NCBI GenBank assembly: GCA_963669175.1 | Contig: OY769902.1 | Location: 1,824,001-1,888,000 of the forward strand | Direction of reading: 5' to 3' | DNA length: 64,000 nucleotides | From: a bacterium | GTDB taxonomy: Bacteria > Electryoneota > Electryoneia > Electryoneales > Electryoneaceae | Shown here: piece after piece, positions 11,715 through 22,256 of the stretch | How the letters are laid out: the number at the start of each line of letters is the position of its first letter | How positions within the stretch are numbered: the first letter of the stretch is position 1 | Made by a program: the position numbers and the translations under genes | The notes under the pieces: model-generated | The model's database searches: none | What the model was told of the DNA's origin: nothing | What the model saw: the letters and a program-made list of their open reading frames with translations, nothing else

Positions 11715-11972
11715 GTGGACAAGCGTGGAAATCGCAAAATAGTGACCGGGACCGTCGTCTCGGACAAGATGGACAAGACGGTGACCGTTCTGGTGTCGCG
11801 CCGGCTGCAGCACCCGCTGTACAAAAAGTTCATCACCATGTCGAAGAAGTATCACGCACATGACGAGAACAACGAGTGCGGCATTGGGGATATGGTGAAG
11901 TTGATGGAAACCCGTCCCCTGAGTCGCAGCAAGCGTTGGCGTGTGACTGAGATTGTGAAGAAGGCAGTGTAA
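11715..11972 (+). CDS. rpsQ: 30S ribosomal protein S17 (GTG start)
   Basis: [31 protein letters not shown]. Confidence 0.99.
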   Translation: MDKRGNRKIVTGTVVSDKMDKTVTVLVSRRLQHPLYKKFITMSKKYHAHDENNECGIGDMVKLMETRPLSRSKRWRVTEIVKKAV

Positions 11973-12042
11973 CGGACAGCGAAGCAGATCTTCGCTTGGA
12001 CGTAAGAATTGTCCCGGATTTCAGGGACCCCGTGAGGGCACC

Positions 12043-12411
12043 ATGATTCAAGAAGAAACCATGCTCACCGTAGCGGATAACACAGGTGCGAAGAAGGTCA
12101 AGTGTTTCCGTATCTTGGGTGGGACCAAGCGCCGCTATGCGTCGCTGGGCGACATCATCGTCGTCAGTGTGAAAACCGCGATCCCGAACAGCAATGTGAA
12201 AAAGGGATCGATCCAGCGCGCTGTAATCGTGCGGACCAAAAAGCCGGTGCGTCGTCGTGATGGTAGCTATATCCGCTTTGACGATAACGCTGCCGTGATC
12301 ATCGACGATCGGCATGAACCCCGCGGCACCCGCATCTTTGGACCGGTGGCGCGAGAGTTACGTGAACGCGAATTCATGAAAATCGTAAGCTTGGCGCCGG
12401 AGGTACTATGA
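12043..12411 (+). CDS. rplN: 50S ribosomal protein L14
   Basis: [33 protein letters not shown]. Confidence 0.99.
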   Translation: MIQEETMLTVADNTGAKKVKCFRILGGTKRRYASLGDIIVVSVKTAIPNSNVKKGSIQRAVIVRTKKPVRRRDGSYIRFDDNAAVIIDDRHEPRGTRIFGPVARELREREFMKIVSLAPEVL

Positions 12412-12767
12412 TCAGGCGCAGGAAAAAAGTTGACCGGCATGGCTTCAAGATTCGTAAAGGCGATGAAGTCGTCGTGATTGCCGGAAACGACAAAGGTAAG
12501 CACGGTAAAGTGCTGAAGGTATTTCCTTCAGAAGATCGCATCATCGTTGAAGGTGTAAACTTTATCAAGCGCCATACCCGTGCATCTCAACAACTGCCCC
12601 AGGGCGGAATCGTTGAGCGTGAAGGCAAAATTCACGTTTCAAACGTCAAAGTGATGGATCCGAAGTCGGGTAAACCGACACGTATCGGCCATACTTTTGT
12701 AGACGCTGACGGCGGCAAGAAGAAGCGTGTCCGTGTGGCCAAAGTCTCCGGCGAAGTACTTGGTTAG
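12408..12767 (+). CDS. rplX: 50S ribosomal protein L24
   Basis: KOW motif [19 protein letters not shown]; IHVSNV. Confidence 0.97.
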   Translation: MIRRRKKVDRHGFKIRKGDEVVVIAGNDKGKHGKVLKVFPSEDRIIVEGVNFIKRHTRASQQLPQGGIVEREGKIHVSNVKVMDPKSGKPTRIGHTFVDADGGKKKRVRVAKVSGEVLG

Positions 12768-12775
12768 GTGATATC

Positions 12776-13450
12776 GTGGCGAAGCAGACCAAAGAAGACA
12801 AGAAGAATAAGGGTCAGAAGGGACAACCCGAACAGGCATCAAAGAAGAAGAAGCCTGTAGAGTCAGTCCCCGTTCCGGAAGGATATATTCCCCGGATGCA
12901 GACCCAGTACCGGGATGAAGTTGCACCGGCGCTGATGAAGAAATTCAACTTTGGCTCCCAGATGGAAGTCCCCCGGATGGTGAGCGTTGTGTTGAACGTG
13001 GGTATTGGTGACGCCCACCAGGATCAGCGGCTTCTCGACAGCGTGTTGGAAGAGCTTGAAACTATCGCCGGCCAGAAGCCGGTGGTTACCCGGGCACGCA
13101 AGTCGATCAGTAACTTCAAGCTGCGTGAAGGCATGGCGGTAGGCGCTCGCGTTACCCTGCGTCGTGCACACATGTGGGAGTTCATGGATAAGCTGTTTAA
13201 CCTGGCTTCTCCACGAATCCGCGACTTCCGTGGTCTTCCGGACCGGTCGTTTGACGGCCGTGGCAATTATACCGTCGGCATCAAGGAACAGATTGTGTTC
13301 CCGGAAATCGACTACGACAAAGTAGTCAAGATTCACGGGATGGACATCACGTTCGTAACGACGGCTAAAAACGACGAAGAAGGCAAAGCGTTGCTGGAAG
13401 CCTTGGGATGTCCGTTCCGTAAACGGACCCCGGCCCAGGCGCAAGCCTAG
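12776..13450 (+). CDS. rplE: 50S ribosomal protein L5 with ~35-40 aa Lys-rich N-terminal extension
   Basis: GQKPVVTRARKSISNFKLREG, FDGRGNY, FPEIDYDK. Confidence 0.97.
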   Translation: MAKQTKEDKKNKGQKGQPEQASKKKKPVESVPVPEGYIPRMQTQYRDEVAPALMKKFNFGSQMEVPRMVSVVLNVGIGDAHQDQRLLDSVLEELETIAGQKPVVTRARKSISNFKLREGMAVGARVTLRRAHMWEFMDKLFNLASPRIRDFRGLPDRSFDGRGNYTVGIKEQIVFPEIDYDKVVKIHGMDITFVTTAKNDEEGKALLEALGCPFRKRTPAQAQA

Positions 13451-13471
13451 GAAGCATAAAGGGAGTCGATC

Positions 13472-13657
13472 ATGGCGAAAAAGGCTCTGATCGCGAAAGC
13501 CAAGAGAACGCCAAAGTTTAATGTGCGCGGTTATAACCGCTGCAGTCGGTGTGGACGGCCTCGTGCGTATATTCGTAAGTTCGGAATCTGCCGTATCTGT
13601 TTCCGTGAACTCGCGCTGCAGGGCATGATCCCAGGCGTTTCAAAATCCAGCTGGTAA
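13472..13657 (+). CDS. rpsN: 30S ribosomal protein S14, zinc-binding (type Z) form
   Basis: 61 aa; CSRC…CRIC; IPGVSKSSW. Confidence 0.98.
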   Translation: MAKKALIAKAKRTPKFNVRGYNRCSRCGRPRAYIRKFGICRICFRELALQGMIPGVSKSSW

Positions 13658-13696
13658 CCACAGGCGTGGTTAAGTCCTTAGGAAAGGATACTGACT

Positions 13697-14101
13697 GTGT
13701 CACGTACGACAAACGATCCCATTGCGGATTACCTGACACGGATCCGGAACGCGATTAATGCGCGTCAACGGAAAGTGGACATCCCGTCTTCGAAAATGAA
13801 GCGGGAACTCTCCCGGGTGATGAAGGAGACTGGCTTTATCCGGGATTACCTCAATATCGAGGATGACAAGCAGGGGCTGATCCGGCTGTACCTGAAGGTC
13901 GACCGGAGTGGACGTAGCGCGATTACTGGCATGAAGCGCGTCAGTCGTCCAGGTCTGCGGCAGTATGTCGGGGTAGATGAGATTCCCCGCGTCCGTAACG
14001 GATTGGGTGTTTCGATTATGTCAACCCCACGTGGAATCCTGACCGGACAGCAGGCCAAGAGCCAGAATGTTGGTGGCGAAGTTCTCTGTATTGTTTGGTA
14101 A
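13697..14101 (+). CDS. rpsH: 30S ribosomal protein S8
   Basis: DPIADYLTRIRNA, SRPGLRQY, STPRG, GGEVLC. Confidence 0.99.
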   Translation: MSRTTNDPIADYLTRIRNAINARQRKVDIPSSKMKRELSRVMKETGFIRDYLNIEDDKQGLIRLYLKVDRSGRSAITGMKRVSRPGLRQYVGVDEIPRVRNGLGVSIMSTPRGILTGQQAKSQNVGGEVLCIVW

Positions 14102-14149
14102 CGGAAACTGGCCAGGTTTCCCGACTCGTGTCGGGTGGAGGTTTAGAAG

Positions 14150-14737
14150 ATGTCACGCATTGGAAAACGGCCGATTCCAATTCCGGAAAAGGTCGATGTC
14201 AAGATAGACGGGCAACATGTTACGGTTAAGGGACCGTTGGGTGAGTTGACCCACGAGTTCGTACCGGAAGTGGAACTCGTAATCGAAGACGGCCAGGTTG
14301 TGGTAAAGCCCCGTGGCGAAACGAAAGAACATCGTGGACGCTGGGGGCTGTCGCGCACGTTGATGGCCAACATGGTGGATGGTGTAACCGCCGGCTTTGA
14401 GAAGATCCTTTTGATCTGCGGTGTTGGTTACTCTGCCGAAGTCAAGGGCAATGGCCTGATGATTCGTGTTGGTTATTCACATCCAGTCTGGCTTGGCGCC
14501 CCCCCGGACATCAAGTTCGAGGTTTTGCAGCCATCCCAGTGGAGCGAAGCCGGCATTACCAAGCAGGTTGAGAACCAGAACGTGGCTATCCGCGTTCGCG
14601 GAATCAGCAAGCAGTTGGTCGGTCAAGTAACGGCCCGTATCCGGCGGATTCGTCCACCGGAACCCTACAAGGGTAAAGGGATTCGATACAACAACGAACA
14701 AGTGCGCCGGAAGGCAGGAAAGGCGGCGAAGAAGTAA
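14150..14737 (+). CDS. rplF: 50S ribosomal protein L6 (internal insertion)
   Basis: [30 protein letters not shown]. Confidence 0.99.
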   Translation: MSRIGKRPIPIPEKVDVKIDGQHVTVKGPLGELTHEFVPEVELVIEDGQVVVKPRGETKEHRGRWGLSRTLMANMVDGVTAGFEKILLICGVGYSAEVKGNGLMIRVGYSHPVWLGAPPDIKFEVLQPSQWSEAGITKQVENQNVAIRVRGISKQLVGQVTARIRRIRPPEPYKGKGIRYNNEQVRRKAGKAAKK

Positions 14738-15186
14738 TGGCAACGAAACAGGAAAAGAGGAAGCGGGCGCAACAGCGGCGCAAGAAGCACATCCGCAAGG
14801 TTGTGTACGGTACGGCCGAACGGCCCCGGCTCGTGGTCAATCGGACCCTGAAGCACATTACTGCGTCGTTGGTCAATGATGATGAAGGTAAGACACTGAC
14901 CGGCATCATCGATTCCAGCCTGGGCGAAACTGATTTCCCGCTGAACCCTCCGGCAGCGAAGCCTGCAGAAGGTGAAGAGGGCGGCGAGAAGAAGAAAGAA
15001 AAGAAGGCCAAGGGTCCGGCGTTGAAGGGTAAGACTGCGCAAGCATACCGTGTCGGTATGGCCATCGCGTCCATCGCCAAAGAACGTGGGATTAAATCGG
15101 TCGTCTTTGACCGCAATGGGTTCCGTTATCATGGTCGCGTAAAAGCGGTCGCAGACGGAGCGCGCAAGGGAGGTTTGGAGTTTTGA
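14737..15186 (+). CDS. rplR: 50S ribosomal protein L18 (charged low-complexity insertion)
   Basis: [36 protein letters not shown]. Confidence 0.98.
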   Translation: MATKQEKRKRAQQRRKKHIRKVVYGTAERPRLVVNRTLKHITASLVNDDEGKTLTGIIDSSLGETDFPLNPPAAKPAEGEEGGEKKKEKKAKGPALKGKTAQAYRVGMAIASIAKERGIKSVVFDRNGFRYHGRVKAVADGARKGGLEF

Positions 15187-15719
15187 ACCGCAGAAGCAAT
15201 CGTGGAGACCGTGAGGGCGGCGCGCCGACGGCAGCCGATCTCGGGCTGATCGAAAAAGTGGTGCACATCAATCGTGTCGCCAAGGTCGTCAAGGGCGGGC
15301 GTAACTTCAGCTTCAATGCCATCGTGGTGGTCGGAGACGGCAAAGGCCGCGTAGGTTTCGGGCTGGGTAAGGCTCGCGAAGTATCAGAAGCCATCACCAA
15401 GGGCGGCGAAATCGCCAAGCGTTCGATGAAACGCTATCCCCTGGTAGGCACAACACTGCCGCATGCGCTGATCGGGCGCTTCGGCGCTGCCAAGATTGTG
15501 ATCAAGCCGGCCTCTGAAGGTACTGGTGTGATCGCTGGCGGCCCCGTGCGTGCCGTCATGGAGTGTCTTGGAGTGCGTGACGTACTGACCAAGTCCCTGG
15601 GCAGCCGTAACCCTCACAACATGGTGAAGGCGACACTGGCTGGTCTGGAAGCCATGGAAGACCTGTCAAAGGTCGCGTACAAGCGCGGCGTGAGCTTCAA
15701 GGAGGTATTTGAGGCATGA
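15183..15719 (+). CDS. rpsE: 30S ribosomal protein S5 (TTG start)
   Basis: [24 protein letters not shown]. Confidence 0.98.
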   Translation: MNRRSNRGDREGGAPTAADLGLIEKVVHINRVAKVVKGGRNFSFNAIVVVGDGKGRVGFGLGKAREVSEAITKGGEIAKRSMKRYPLVGTTLPHALIGRFGAAKIVIKPASEGTGVIAGGPVRAVMECLGVRDVLTKSLGSRNPHNMVKATLAGLEAMEDLSKVAYKRGVSFKEVFEA

Positions 15720-15907
15720 GCGCGGGCAAGCTGAAGATTACCTGGGTGCGTAGCGCCATTCACCGCCAGGAAAAGCAGAAGAAGATTATCGAGGCGCTCG
15801 GGCTGCGCAAGCTGAACCAGAGTGTGATTCACGACGACAGTCCCACAATCCGCGGCATGCTTGATAAGGTGCCTCATCTGATCAAGGTAGAGCCCGCGGA
15901 AGGGTGA
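15716..15907 (+). CDS. rpmD: 50S ribosomal protein L30
   Basis: [10 protein letters not shown]…ALGLRKLNQ…IRGM. Confidence 0.97.
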   Translation: MSAGKLKITWVRSAIHRQEKQKKIIEALGLRKLNQSVIHDDSPTIRGMLDKVPHLIKVEPAEG

Positions 15908-15921
15908 AAGAGGATAGGGCA

Positions 15922-16434
15922 ATGCCGAAGCTGTTGAGCAACTTGAAACCGGCTTCCGGGTCGGTGAGAAAGAACCATAAGCGTCGTGGCCGCGGTACGG
16001 GGTCCGGCCTGGGCGATACTGCCGGTCGTGGACATAAAGGTCAGCAGTCCCGAAGTGGCTACAAGCGCAGGGCTTGGTTCGAAGGCGGCCAGATGCCGAT
16101 TCAGCGGCGTCTGCCGAAGCGCGGATTTAAGAACATCTGGCGCGAAGAGGTTCAAATTGTTAACTTGTCAGATTTGGACCGCCTGGCGCAGGACATTACT
16201 GAAGTCAATGCCGAAGTGCTTGCAAGCAACGGCATGATCAAGAATGCCAATGTGCCTGTTAAGCTTTTGGGCGATGGAGAAGCAACACGTGCATGGAATG
16301 TCGATCTTGCCGCTGTTAGCAAGAGTGCCGTTGAGAAAGTAGAAGCGGCCGGTGGTAAAGTGACAGTTCCGCCTCCTGCGCCTAAACGCGGCAAGTACAA
16401 GAAGAAGGCTGAACGGCAGAACGCCGAAGCCTGA
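15922..16434 (+). CDS. rplO: 50S ribosomal protein L15
   Basis: GRGTGSG.G.TAGRGHKGQ, FEGGQMP, PKRGF; ATG at 15922 preferred. Confidence 0.97.
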   Translation: MPKLLSNLKPASGSVRKNHKRRGRGTGSGLGDTAGRGHKGQQSRSGYKRRAWFEGGQMPIQRRLPKRGFKNIWREEVQIVNLSDLDRLAQDITEVNAEVLASNGMIKNANVPVKLLGDGEATRAWNVDLAAVSKSAVEKVEAAGGKVTVPPPAPKRGKYKKKAERQNAEA

Positions 16435-16485
16435 TTCCGGTGAATATCGGCTAAGAACGTGCCACAACCGCGAGTGCACTGAACG

Positions 16486-17817
16486 ATGATCGAGAAGCTG
16501 CAGAACATCTTCAAGATCCCTGAGTTACGGAAGCGCATCCTGTTCACCTTGATGATTTTTATCATCTATCGGTTGGGCGGACACATTCCGGTACCGGGAG
16601 TCGACGCAGCGGTTCTGGGACAATGGTTCCAGAACCAGCAGAATGGATTGTTAGGGCTGTACGACCTTTTCGCAGGCGGAAACCTGAGCCGTGCGACAAT
16701 TTTTGCCCTGGGTATCATGCCCTATATCTCCGCGTCCATCATTCTGCAACTCATGGGCACCGTGGTCCCCTACTTCCACAAACTGCAACAGCAGGGTGAA
16801 GAGGGACGGAAGAAGATTACCCAGTTGACCCGTTACGGTACTGTTGGCATCAGCGCCATGCAGTCCCTGGGTGTCGCTGCATTCCTTGCCAGCGTGACCC
16901 TGAGCGGACGCCCGGTGGCGCTGCACACGGGAATCGGGTTCTACCTGCTGACCATGATTACACTGACAGCTGGTACCATCTTCATCATGTGGCTCGGTGA
17001 ACAGATAGATGTACGAGGTATTGGGAACGGCATTTCATTGATCATCTTCATTGGTATCATTGACCGTTTCCCGGCTGCAATCGGACGTGAAGTCAGCATG
17101 GTTGTCCAGGGTGTCCAGGGACATTCACTGTTCAAGTTCCTCTTCCTGATCGTAGTCATGATAGCGACGACTATGGCGGTAGTAGCCTTGACACAGGGAC
17201 AGCGACGGATCCCGGTGCAGTATACCAAGCGCGTGGTCGGAAGGAAGATGTATGGCGGTCAGTCAACACATATTCCGCTGCGTATAAACACCGCCGGTGT
17301 TATGCCGATCATCTTCGCGCAGACCATCATGTTTTTCCCGCAGACCATCGCGACCTTTGTCCCGGCGGGCGGGTTCCAGGACTGGCTGAACAATGCGTTC
17401 AGTTACACAAGCTGGATTTACATGCTGTTCTACGGCGCGTTGATCATCTTCTTCACCTATTTCTATACGGCAATCGCTTTTAACCCGGTTGACGTTGCGA
17501 ACAACCTGAAGAAGTACGGTGGCATGATTCCAGGCGTGAAGCCCGGTAAGAAAACATCCGAGTTCCTTGACAATATCCTGACACGCATCACCCTTCCGGG
17601 ATCGATTGCATTGGCGATCATCGCAGTATTCCCAACGATTATTGCCAAGTACAGCAACGTGGATTATAACCTGTCGTCATTCTACGGCGGCACAAGTCTG
17701 CTGATCGTGGTAGGTGTTGCACTGGATACTTTGCAGCAGGTCGATTCACACTTGCTGATGCGTCACTACGATGGCTTGATGAAGAGCGGTCGTTTGAAAG
17801 GCAGGCGTCGGATGTAG
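16486..17817 (+). CDS. secY: Preprotein translocase subunit SecY
   Basis: FALGIMPYISASII, GIGNGISL, AGVMPIIFA, GGTSLLIVVGV; ~10 hydrophobic segments. Confidence 0.99.
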   Translation: MIEKLQNIFKIPELRKRILFTLMIFIIYRLGGHIPVPGVDAAVLGQWFQNQQNGLLGLYDLFAGGNLSRATIFALGIMPYISASIILQLMGTVVPYFHKLQQQGEEGRKKITQLTRYGTVGISAMQSLGVAAFLASVTLSGRPVALHTGIGFYLLTMITLTAGTIFIMWLGEQIDVRGIGNGISLIIFIGIIDRFPAAIGREVSMVVQGVQGHSLFKFLFLIVVMIATTMAVVALTQGQRRIPVQYTKRVVGRKMYGGQSTHIPLRINTAGVMPIIFAQTIMFFPQTIATFVPAGGFQDWLNNAFSYTSWIYMLFYGALIIFFTYFYTAIAFNPVDVANNLKKYGGMIPGVKPGKKTSEFLDNILTRITLPGSIALAIIAVFPTIIAKYSNVDYNLSSFYGGTSLLIVVGVALDTLQQVDSHLLMRHYDGLMKSGRLKGRRRM

Positions 17818-17833
17818 TTTCATCCCTGGGAGG

Positions 17834-18823
17834 ATGAATATGCACCGGGTAATAAAAGTTCTGTTCTTTAACATTCTTACAGTCCTTGTGTTGTTCCTTC
17901 TTGCTGAAGGAGTCTCAAGGCTCATTTGGGGGAAGCAGTTCCTCAACATTACAAACCTGCAGTTGATGTGGTTTTATCCACCGCAGCAGGATCGCAGGTT
18001 TCACCCGAATTGGCCGAAGACGATGTCAGTTGGCGAGGATACCTTCCGGGTATCGTTGGAGCGCCTGGAAGATTCTGATGTAGACATTCTCATCGTGGGA
18101 GATTCACAGACCTTCGGATGGGGCGTCAATGATTCAGAAGCCTGGCCGACAGCTCTGGAAAGAGCGCTTCGTGAGAAAGGGATAAAGGCAAACGTCTACA
18201 ACGGGGGAGTCGCCGGTTATTCAACCGAGCAGATTCTTGCGAGATGGCGAAGAGAAATAGGGAAACGATCTTTTGATGTGACCCTGTTTGGCTTGACCCC
18301 CGGAAATGAAGCGCGTTATGCACCACAAGGCGCTGTGCGTGAACAGTATATTTCCGCACGTAAAAGAAAAGCGCCGTTAAGGCATTCGACTTTTTTTACA
18401 GTTCTTTGGAAACTTTTACGCAAGCCGCCAGAGCAGGAAGAAACGTCTGTTGAAACATATACTCGCAGACTAATGGCGGGCGAACTGGACACAACAGACT
18501 ACTGGGATCCTTATTACGCTACCTGGGATGAATTAGCCAGGGATCCTCGTTCGGGCAAAGTAGGGGTTGTGCTTCTTGAAAAAGAGCAGATTGGCTACAG
18601 TGAAGGATTTCTCCAACTGATTCAATCTGATTCCATACCCTTTGCCGATGGAGCGGCGTATGTAGATTCCGTGCGCGACAGTGGCAAAGAGATACGCAAT
18701 GATCCGATAGTAGGGCATTATTTACCAGAATTGTATGATGCGATAGGCCGTATTGCAGCGATACAGGTACTCGAAATGCTTGCGCAGCATCCGGATACGT
18801 TGGATGTCCAAGACTACGAGTAA
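17834..18823 (+). CDS. Membrane-anchored SGNH/GDSL hydrolase-family protein
   Basis: N-terminal hydrophobic helix; VGDSQTFGWG (block I), NGGVAGYS (block II), GNE (block III), DPIVGH (block V-like). Confidence 0.8.
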   Translation: MNMHRVIKVLFFNILTVLVLFLLAEGVSRLIWGKQFLNITNLQLMWFYPPQQDRRFHPNWPKTMSVGEDTFRVSLERLEDSDVDILIVGDSQTFGWGVNDSEAWPTALERALREKGIKANVYNGGVAGYSTEQILARWRREIGKRSFDVTLFGLTPGNEARYAPQGAVREQYISARKRKAPLRHSTFFTVLWKLLRKPPEQEETSVETYTRRLMAGELDTTDYWDPYYATWDELARDPRSGKVGVVLLEKEQIGYSEGFLQLIQSDSIPFADGAAYVDSVRDSGKEIRNDPIVGHYLPELYDAIGRIAAIQVLEMLAQHPDTLDVQDYE

Positions 18824-18866
18824 CAAGCTGAGATACTTTGAAACTTGAATTCGGGGGAAGTAAAAC

Positions 18867-19502
18867 ATGCGTCTCATCCTGTTAGGCCCTCCAGGGGTCG
18901 GCAAGGGCACGCAGGCACAGTTCCTGATCGACAAGCTGGGCGCGATCCAGTTGTCTACGGGCGATCTGTTGCGGGCCGCGGTACGGGAAGGTACCGAGCT
19001 GGGCAAGACGGCGAAGAAATTCATGGATGCCGGTGAGTTGGTCACGGATGAAATCATCCTGGGCCTGATCGGTGAAAAGATGAAAGAGCTTGGCGACAAG
19101 CCGGTGATCTTCGACGGTTTCCCGAGGACCATCCCCCAGGCCGAAGGTCTGGACAAGCTGATGGATGAGCTCAGCATGAAGGTTGATAAGGCTGTGGAGC
19201 TTACGGTTGACGATGAGGTCGTTGTCGGTCGTTTGAGCGCACGCCGTAGCTGCCCCAAGTGTGGCGCAGTGTACAACCTGATGTTCAAGCCCCCGAAGGA
19301 TGAGGGCAAGTGCGATAACGATGGCGAAGCCCTGGTGCAGCGCGATGACGACAAGGAAAGCGTGATCCGCAATCGGCTGAAGATCTATCATGATCAGACA
19401 GCGCCATTGTCAGAGTACTACAACAAGCAGGACAAGCTGTTCCAGGTGGACGGCGATGGAACTGTTGAAGATGTCCGTAAGCGGGTGGAAGCAGCAGTTT
19501 AG
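18867..19502 (+). CDS. adk: Adenylate kinase (zinc LID)
   Basis: GPPGVGKGTQA, STGDLLR, DGFPRT, CPKC…CDND. Confidence 0.99.
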   Translation: MRLILLGPPGVGKGTQAQFLIDKLGAIQLSTGDLLRAAVREGTELGKTAKKFMDAGELVTDEIILGLIGEKMKELGDKPVIFDGFPRTIPQAEGLDKLMDELSMKVDKAVELTVDDEVVVGRLSARRSCPKCGAVYNLMFKPPKDEGKCDNDGEALVQRDDDKESVIRNRLKIYHDQTAPLSEYYNKQDKLFQVDGDGTVEDVRKRVEAAV

Positions 19503-19546
19503 TAGTGAAACAAAGTGTTCTTTAAAGTAGATAGAAGACGACAACC

Positions 19547-20317
19547 ATGATTCAACTGAAGAATCCGGACGAGATCGAAAAACTGGCTCGTGCAAACGGG
19601 CTGGTTGGAGAGTGTCTCGCAATCGCGCGCAGTATGGTGCGTCCGGGAATCAGTACCGCAGAGATCAACGAGGCGGTTGAGAAACACATTGCGGATCATG
19701 GCGCCGAGCCGGCATTCAAGGGCTATAAGCTGGGGCCGGGAATACCCCCTTTCCCCGCGGCCTGTTGCATGTCCATAGATGATGAAGTCGTTCATGGTTT
19801 TCCACGGGAAGACCTGTTACAGGACGGCATGATTGTCAGTGTGGACATCGGAGCAAAGCTGAATGGCTGGTATGGCGACGCGGCGCGGACGTTCCTGGTT
19901 GGTGACAGTGTTCCTGAAGATGTGAAGGAGCTGGTCGCAGCCACAGAAAAAGCACGCGACCTGGGCATTGAAAAGCTCGTTCCCGGCAATCACTTGTCGG
20001 ATTTTGGGCACACGGTCCAGAAATATGTGGAAAAGCGTGGTTTTTCCGTTGTGCGCGATATGGTTGGTCACGGGATTGGCACAAATCTCCACGAGGAGCC
20101 ACAGGTGCCGAATTACGGCAAGCCCGGAAAAGGCTTGAAGCTGCGTGCCGGGATGGTAATTGCCGTTGAACCGATGATTAACCTGGGAACGTACCGGGTG
20201 AAAGTGTTGTCGGATCATTGGACAGTAGTAACCGCGGATGGAAAACCGTCAGCCCATTTTGAGCATACGGTTGCGATTACGGAAAGCGGTCCAAAGATTC
20301 TGTCAAACGAACCATAG
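19547..20317 (+). CDS. map: Methionine aminopeptidase type I
   Basis: VVHGFP, SVDIG…GDAART, GHGIG..LHEEP, AHFEHT. Confidence 0.99.
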   Translation: MIQLKNPDEIEKLARANGLVGECLAIARSMVRPGISTAEINEAVEKHIADHGAEPAFKGYKLGPGIPPFPAACCMSIDDEVVHGFPREDLLQDGMIVSVDIGAKLNGWYGDAARTFLVGDSVPEDVKELVAATEKARDLGIEKLVPGNHLSDFGHTVQKYVEKRGFSVVRDMVGHGIGTNLHEEPQVPNYGKPGKGLKLRAGMVIAVEPMINLGTYRVKVLSDHWTVVTADGKPSAHFEHTVAITESGPKILSNEP

Positions 20318-20335
20318 ATACATTCTGGAGGCTAC

Positions 20336-20554
20336 TTGGCCAAGGAAGAATCCATAAAGATGGATGGCACAATTATCGAGACTCTGCCCAACGCCTCATT
20401 TTTAGTAGAGGTCGAGGGAGGTCACAGGGTGCTGGCTCATATTTCGGGAAAGATGCGTATGCACTACATTCGCATTTTGCCCGGTGACAAGGTGACTGTC
20501 GAATTGAGCCCCTATGATCTCAGTCGGGGTCGTATTGTGTACCGGTACAAGTAG
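20336..20554 (+). CDS. infA: Translation initiation factor IF-1 (TTG start)
   Basis: [26 protein letters not shown]. Confidence 0.99.
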   Translation: MAKEESIKMDGTIIETLPNASFLVEVEGGHRVLAHISGKMRMHYIRILPGDKVTVELSPYDLSRGRIVYRYK

Positions 20555-20683
20555 ACTCTTATCCTGTGCGACCTTGTCGCTTCAGGAGTGGCCATAGGTA
20601 GAAGTAATTCGGAACAGTTCCTCAGGGACAGATTCCGTTGAGATGAAGGTGCCAGTCAGAGGATTGGCGAAAGGAGCGGAAGG

Positions 20684-20797
20684 ATGAAAGTACGCTCGTC
20701 AGTACGGAAAATGTGTGAGCACTGCAAGATTATCCGCCGCCGTGGTGTTGTGCGGGTGATTTGCAAGAACCCAAAGCATAAGCAGCGGCAGGGGTAA
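20684..20797 (+). CDS. rpmJ: 50S ribosomal protein L36, zinc form (below ORF-track cutoff)
   Basis: Hand translation [37 protein letters not shown]; AGGAG RBS. Confidence 0.98.
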   Translation: MKVRSSVRKMCEHCKIIRRRGVVRVICKNPKHKQRQG

Positions 20798-20801
20798 AAC
20801 G

Positions 20802-21170
20802 ATGGCACGTATCGCCGGAGTCGATCTCCCTCGGGAAAAACGGACGGATATCGCGTTAACCTACATCTTTGGCATTGGCCGGACCAAGGCAACGCAGATT
20901 TGCGAAGCGACCGGTATTGACGGCAGCCGTAAGCTGAGTTCGCTTTCCGATCAGGAAGTCCGTGCAATCCGAGATGAGATCAACAACCATCATAAGGTCG
21001 AAGGACCGCTTCGTACCGAGATCCAGATGAACATCAAGCGTTTGATGGATATCGGTTGCTACCGCGGTCTGCGGCATCGCCGCGGCCTTCCCGTGCGGGG
21101 GCAGAATACGAAGAACAACGCCCGCACCCGCAAGGGCAAGAAAAGGGGCGCGGTCAAGAAGAAGAAGTAA
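20802..21170 (+). CDS. rpsM: 30S ribosomal protein S13
   Basis: [27 protein letters not shown]. Confidence 0.99.
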   Translation: MARIAGVDLPREKRTDIALTYIFGIGRTKATQICEATGIDGSRKLSSLSDQEVRAIRDEINNHHKVEGPLRTEIQMNIKRLMDIGCYRGLRHRRGLPVRGQNTKNNARTRKGKKRGAVKKKK

Positions 21171-21197
21171 GACCCGTAAAGAGTTGAGGTTGGCATA

Positions 21198-21587
21198 ATG
21201 GCTTCTCCAAAGAAGCGGACCACGAAGAAGAAAGAGAAGGTCGACGCCAATGGCTTGGCATTCATCCAGGCCAGTTTCAACAACACGATCATTTCGTTGA
21301 CGGATAATTACGGCAACGTGATATCGTGGTCGTCGGCCGGCCGCGTGGGCTTCAAAGGTTCCCGGAAGAACACGCCGTACGCAGCCACTCAGGCAGCGAC
21401 CAATGCGGCCAAGCAGGCGATGGACTTGGGCCTGCGTAAGGTACATGTACGAGTAAAAGGCCCGGGCGCCGGACGTGAAGCTTCCATTCGCGCCCTCCAG
21501 GCTGCTGGCCTGTCGATTGTGGCGATCCAAGACGTGACCCCGTTGCCACACAACGGGTGCCGTCCCAAGAAGCGTAGACGTGTGTAA
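21198..21587 (+). CDS. rpsK: 30S ribosomal protein S11
   Basis: [31 protein letters not shown]. Confidence 0.99.
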   Translation: MASPKKRTTKKKEKVDANGLAFIQASFNNTIISLTDNYGNVISWSSAGRVGFKGSRKNTPYAATQAATNAAKQAMDLGLRKVHVRVKGPGAGREASIRALQAAGLSIVAIQDVTPLPHNGCRPKKRRRV

Positions 21588-21598
21588 GGAAAGAACTC

Positions 21599-22228
21599 AT
21601 GGCTCGTTATACCGGACCAGTCTGTAAACTCTGTCGCCGTGAGGGACAGAAGCTGTATTTGAAGGGTGAACGGTGTTTCAGCCCGAAGTGCTCGTTCGAG
21701 CGTAAAGAGTATGCGCCAGGACAGCATGGTCAGGGACGTCGCCGCAAGATCTCAGAGTACGGCTTGCAGCTCCGTGAAAAGCAGAAGATCCGCCGTGTTT
21801 ACGGCCTGTTGGAAGCACAATTCCATAATTATTATGAGAAGGCTTCCCAGCAGAAGGGCGTTACCGGTGTCAACCTGTTGTCCATGCTGGAACGACGGTT
21901 GGACAACGTGGTCTTCCGCCTGGGCTTTGCCCCAAGTTTGCGGGCGGCACGCCAGCTCGTGCGGCATCGTCACTTTGCGGTCAATGGACGGACAGTAGAC
22001 ATCCCGTCCTTCATCCTGACCCCGGGTGATATCGTACAGGTTCGCGACAAATCGAAGAAACTGTCGATGATCCACGACAGCCTGCGCCGGGTCCGTGAGG
22101 GCAAGATGGTGCCCTACCTGGAACTGGACAAAGCACGCCTGATGGGCCGCCTGGCAGATATGCCGGGACGTGAAGACATGCCTATCGACGTCAATGAGCA
22201 GGCCGTGGTCGAGTTGTACTCGAAGTAG
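21599..22228 (+). CDS. rpsD: 30S ribosomal protein S4 (zinc-ribbon form)
   Basis: ARYTGPVCKLCRREG, LREKQK, LERRLDNVV. Confidence 0.99.
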   Translation: MARYTGPVCKLCRREGQKLYLKGERCFSPKCSFERKEYAPGQHGQGRRRKISEYGLQLREKQKIRRVYGLLEAQFHNYYEKASQQKGVTGVNLLSMLERRLDNVVFRLGFAPSLRAARQLVRHRHFAVNGRTVDIPSFILTPGDIVQVRDKSKKLSMIHDSLRRVREGKMVPYLELDKARLMGRLADMPGREDMPIDVNEQAVVELYSK

Positions 22229-22256
22229 TCGGCTGATCCCTAGTGCGGAGGTACAG

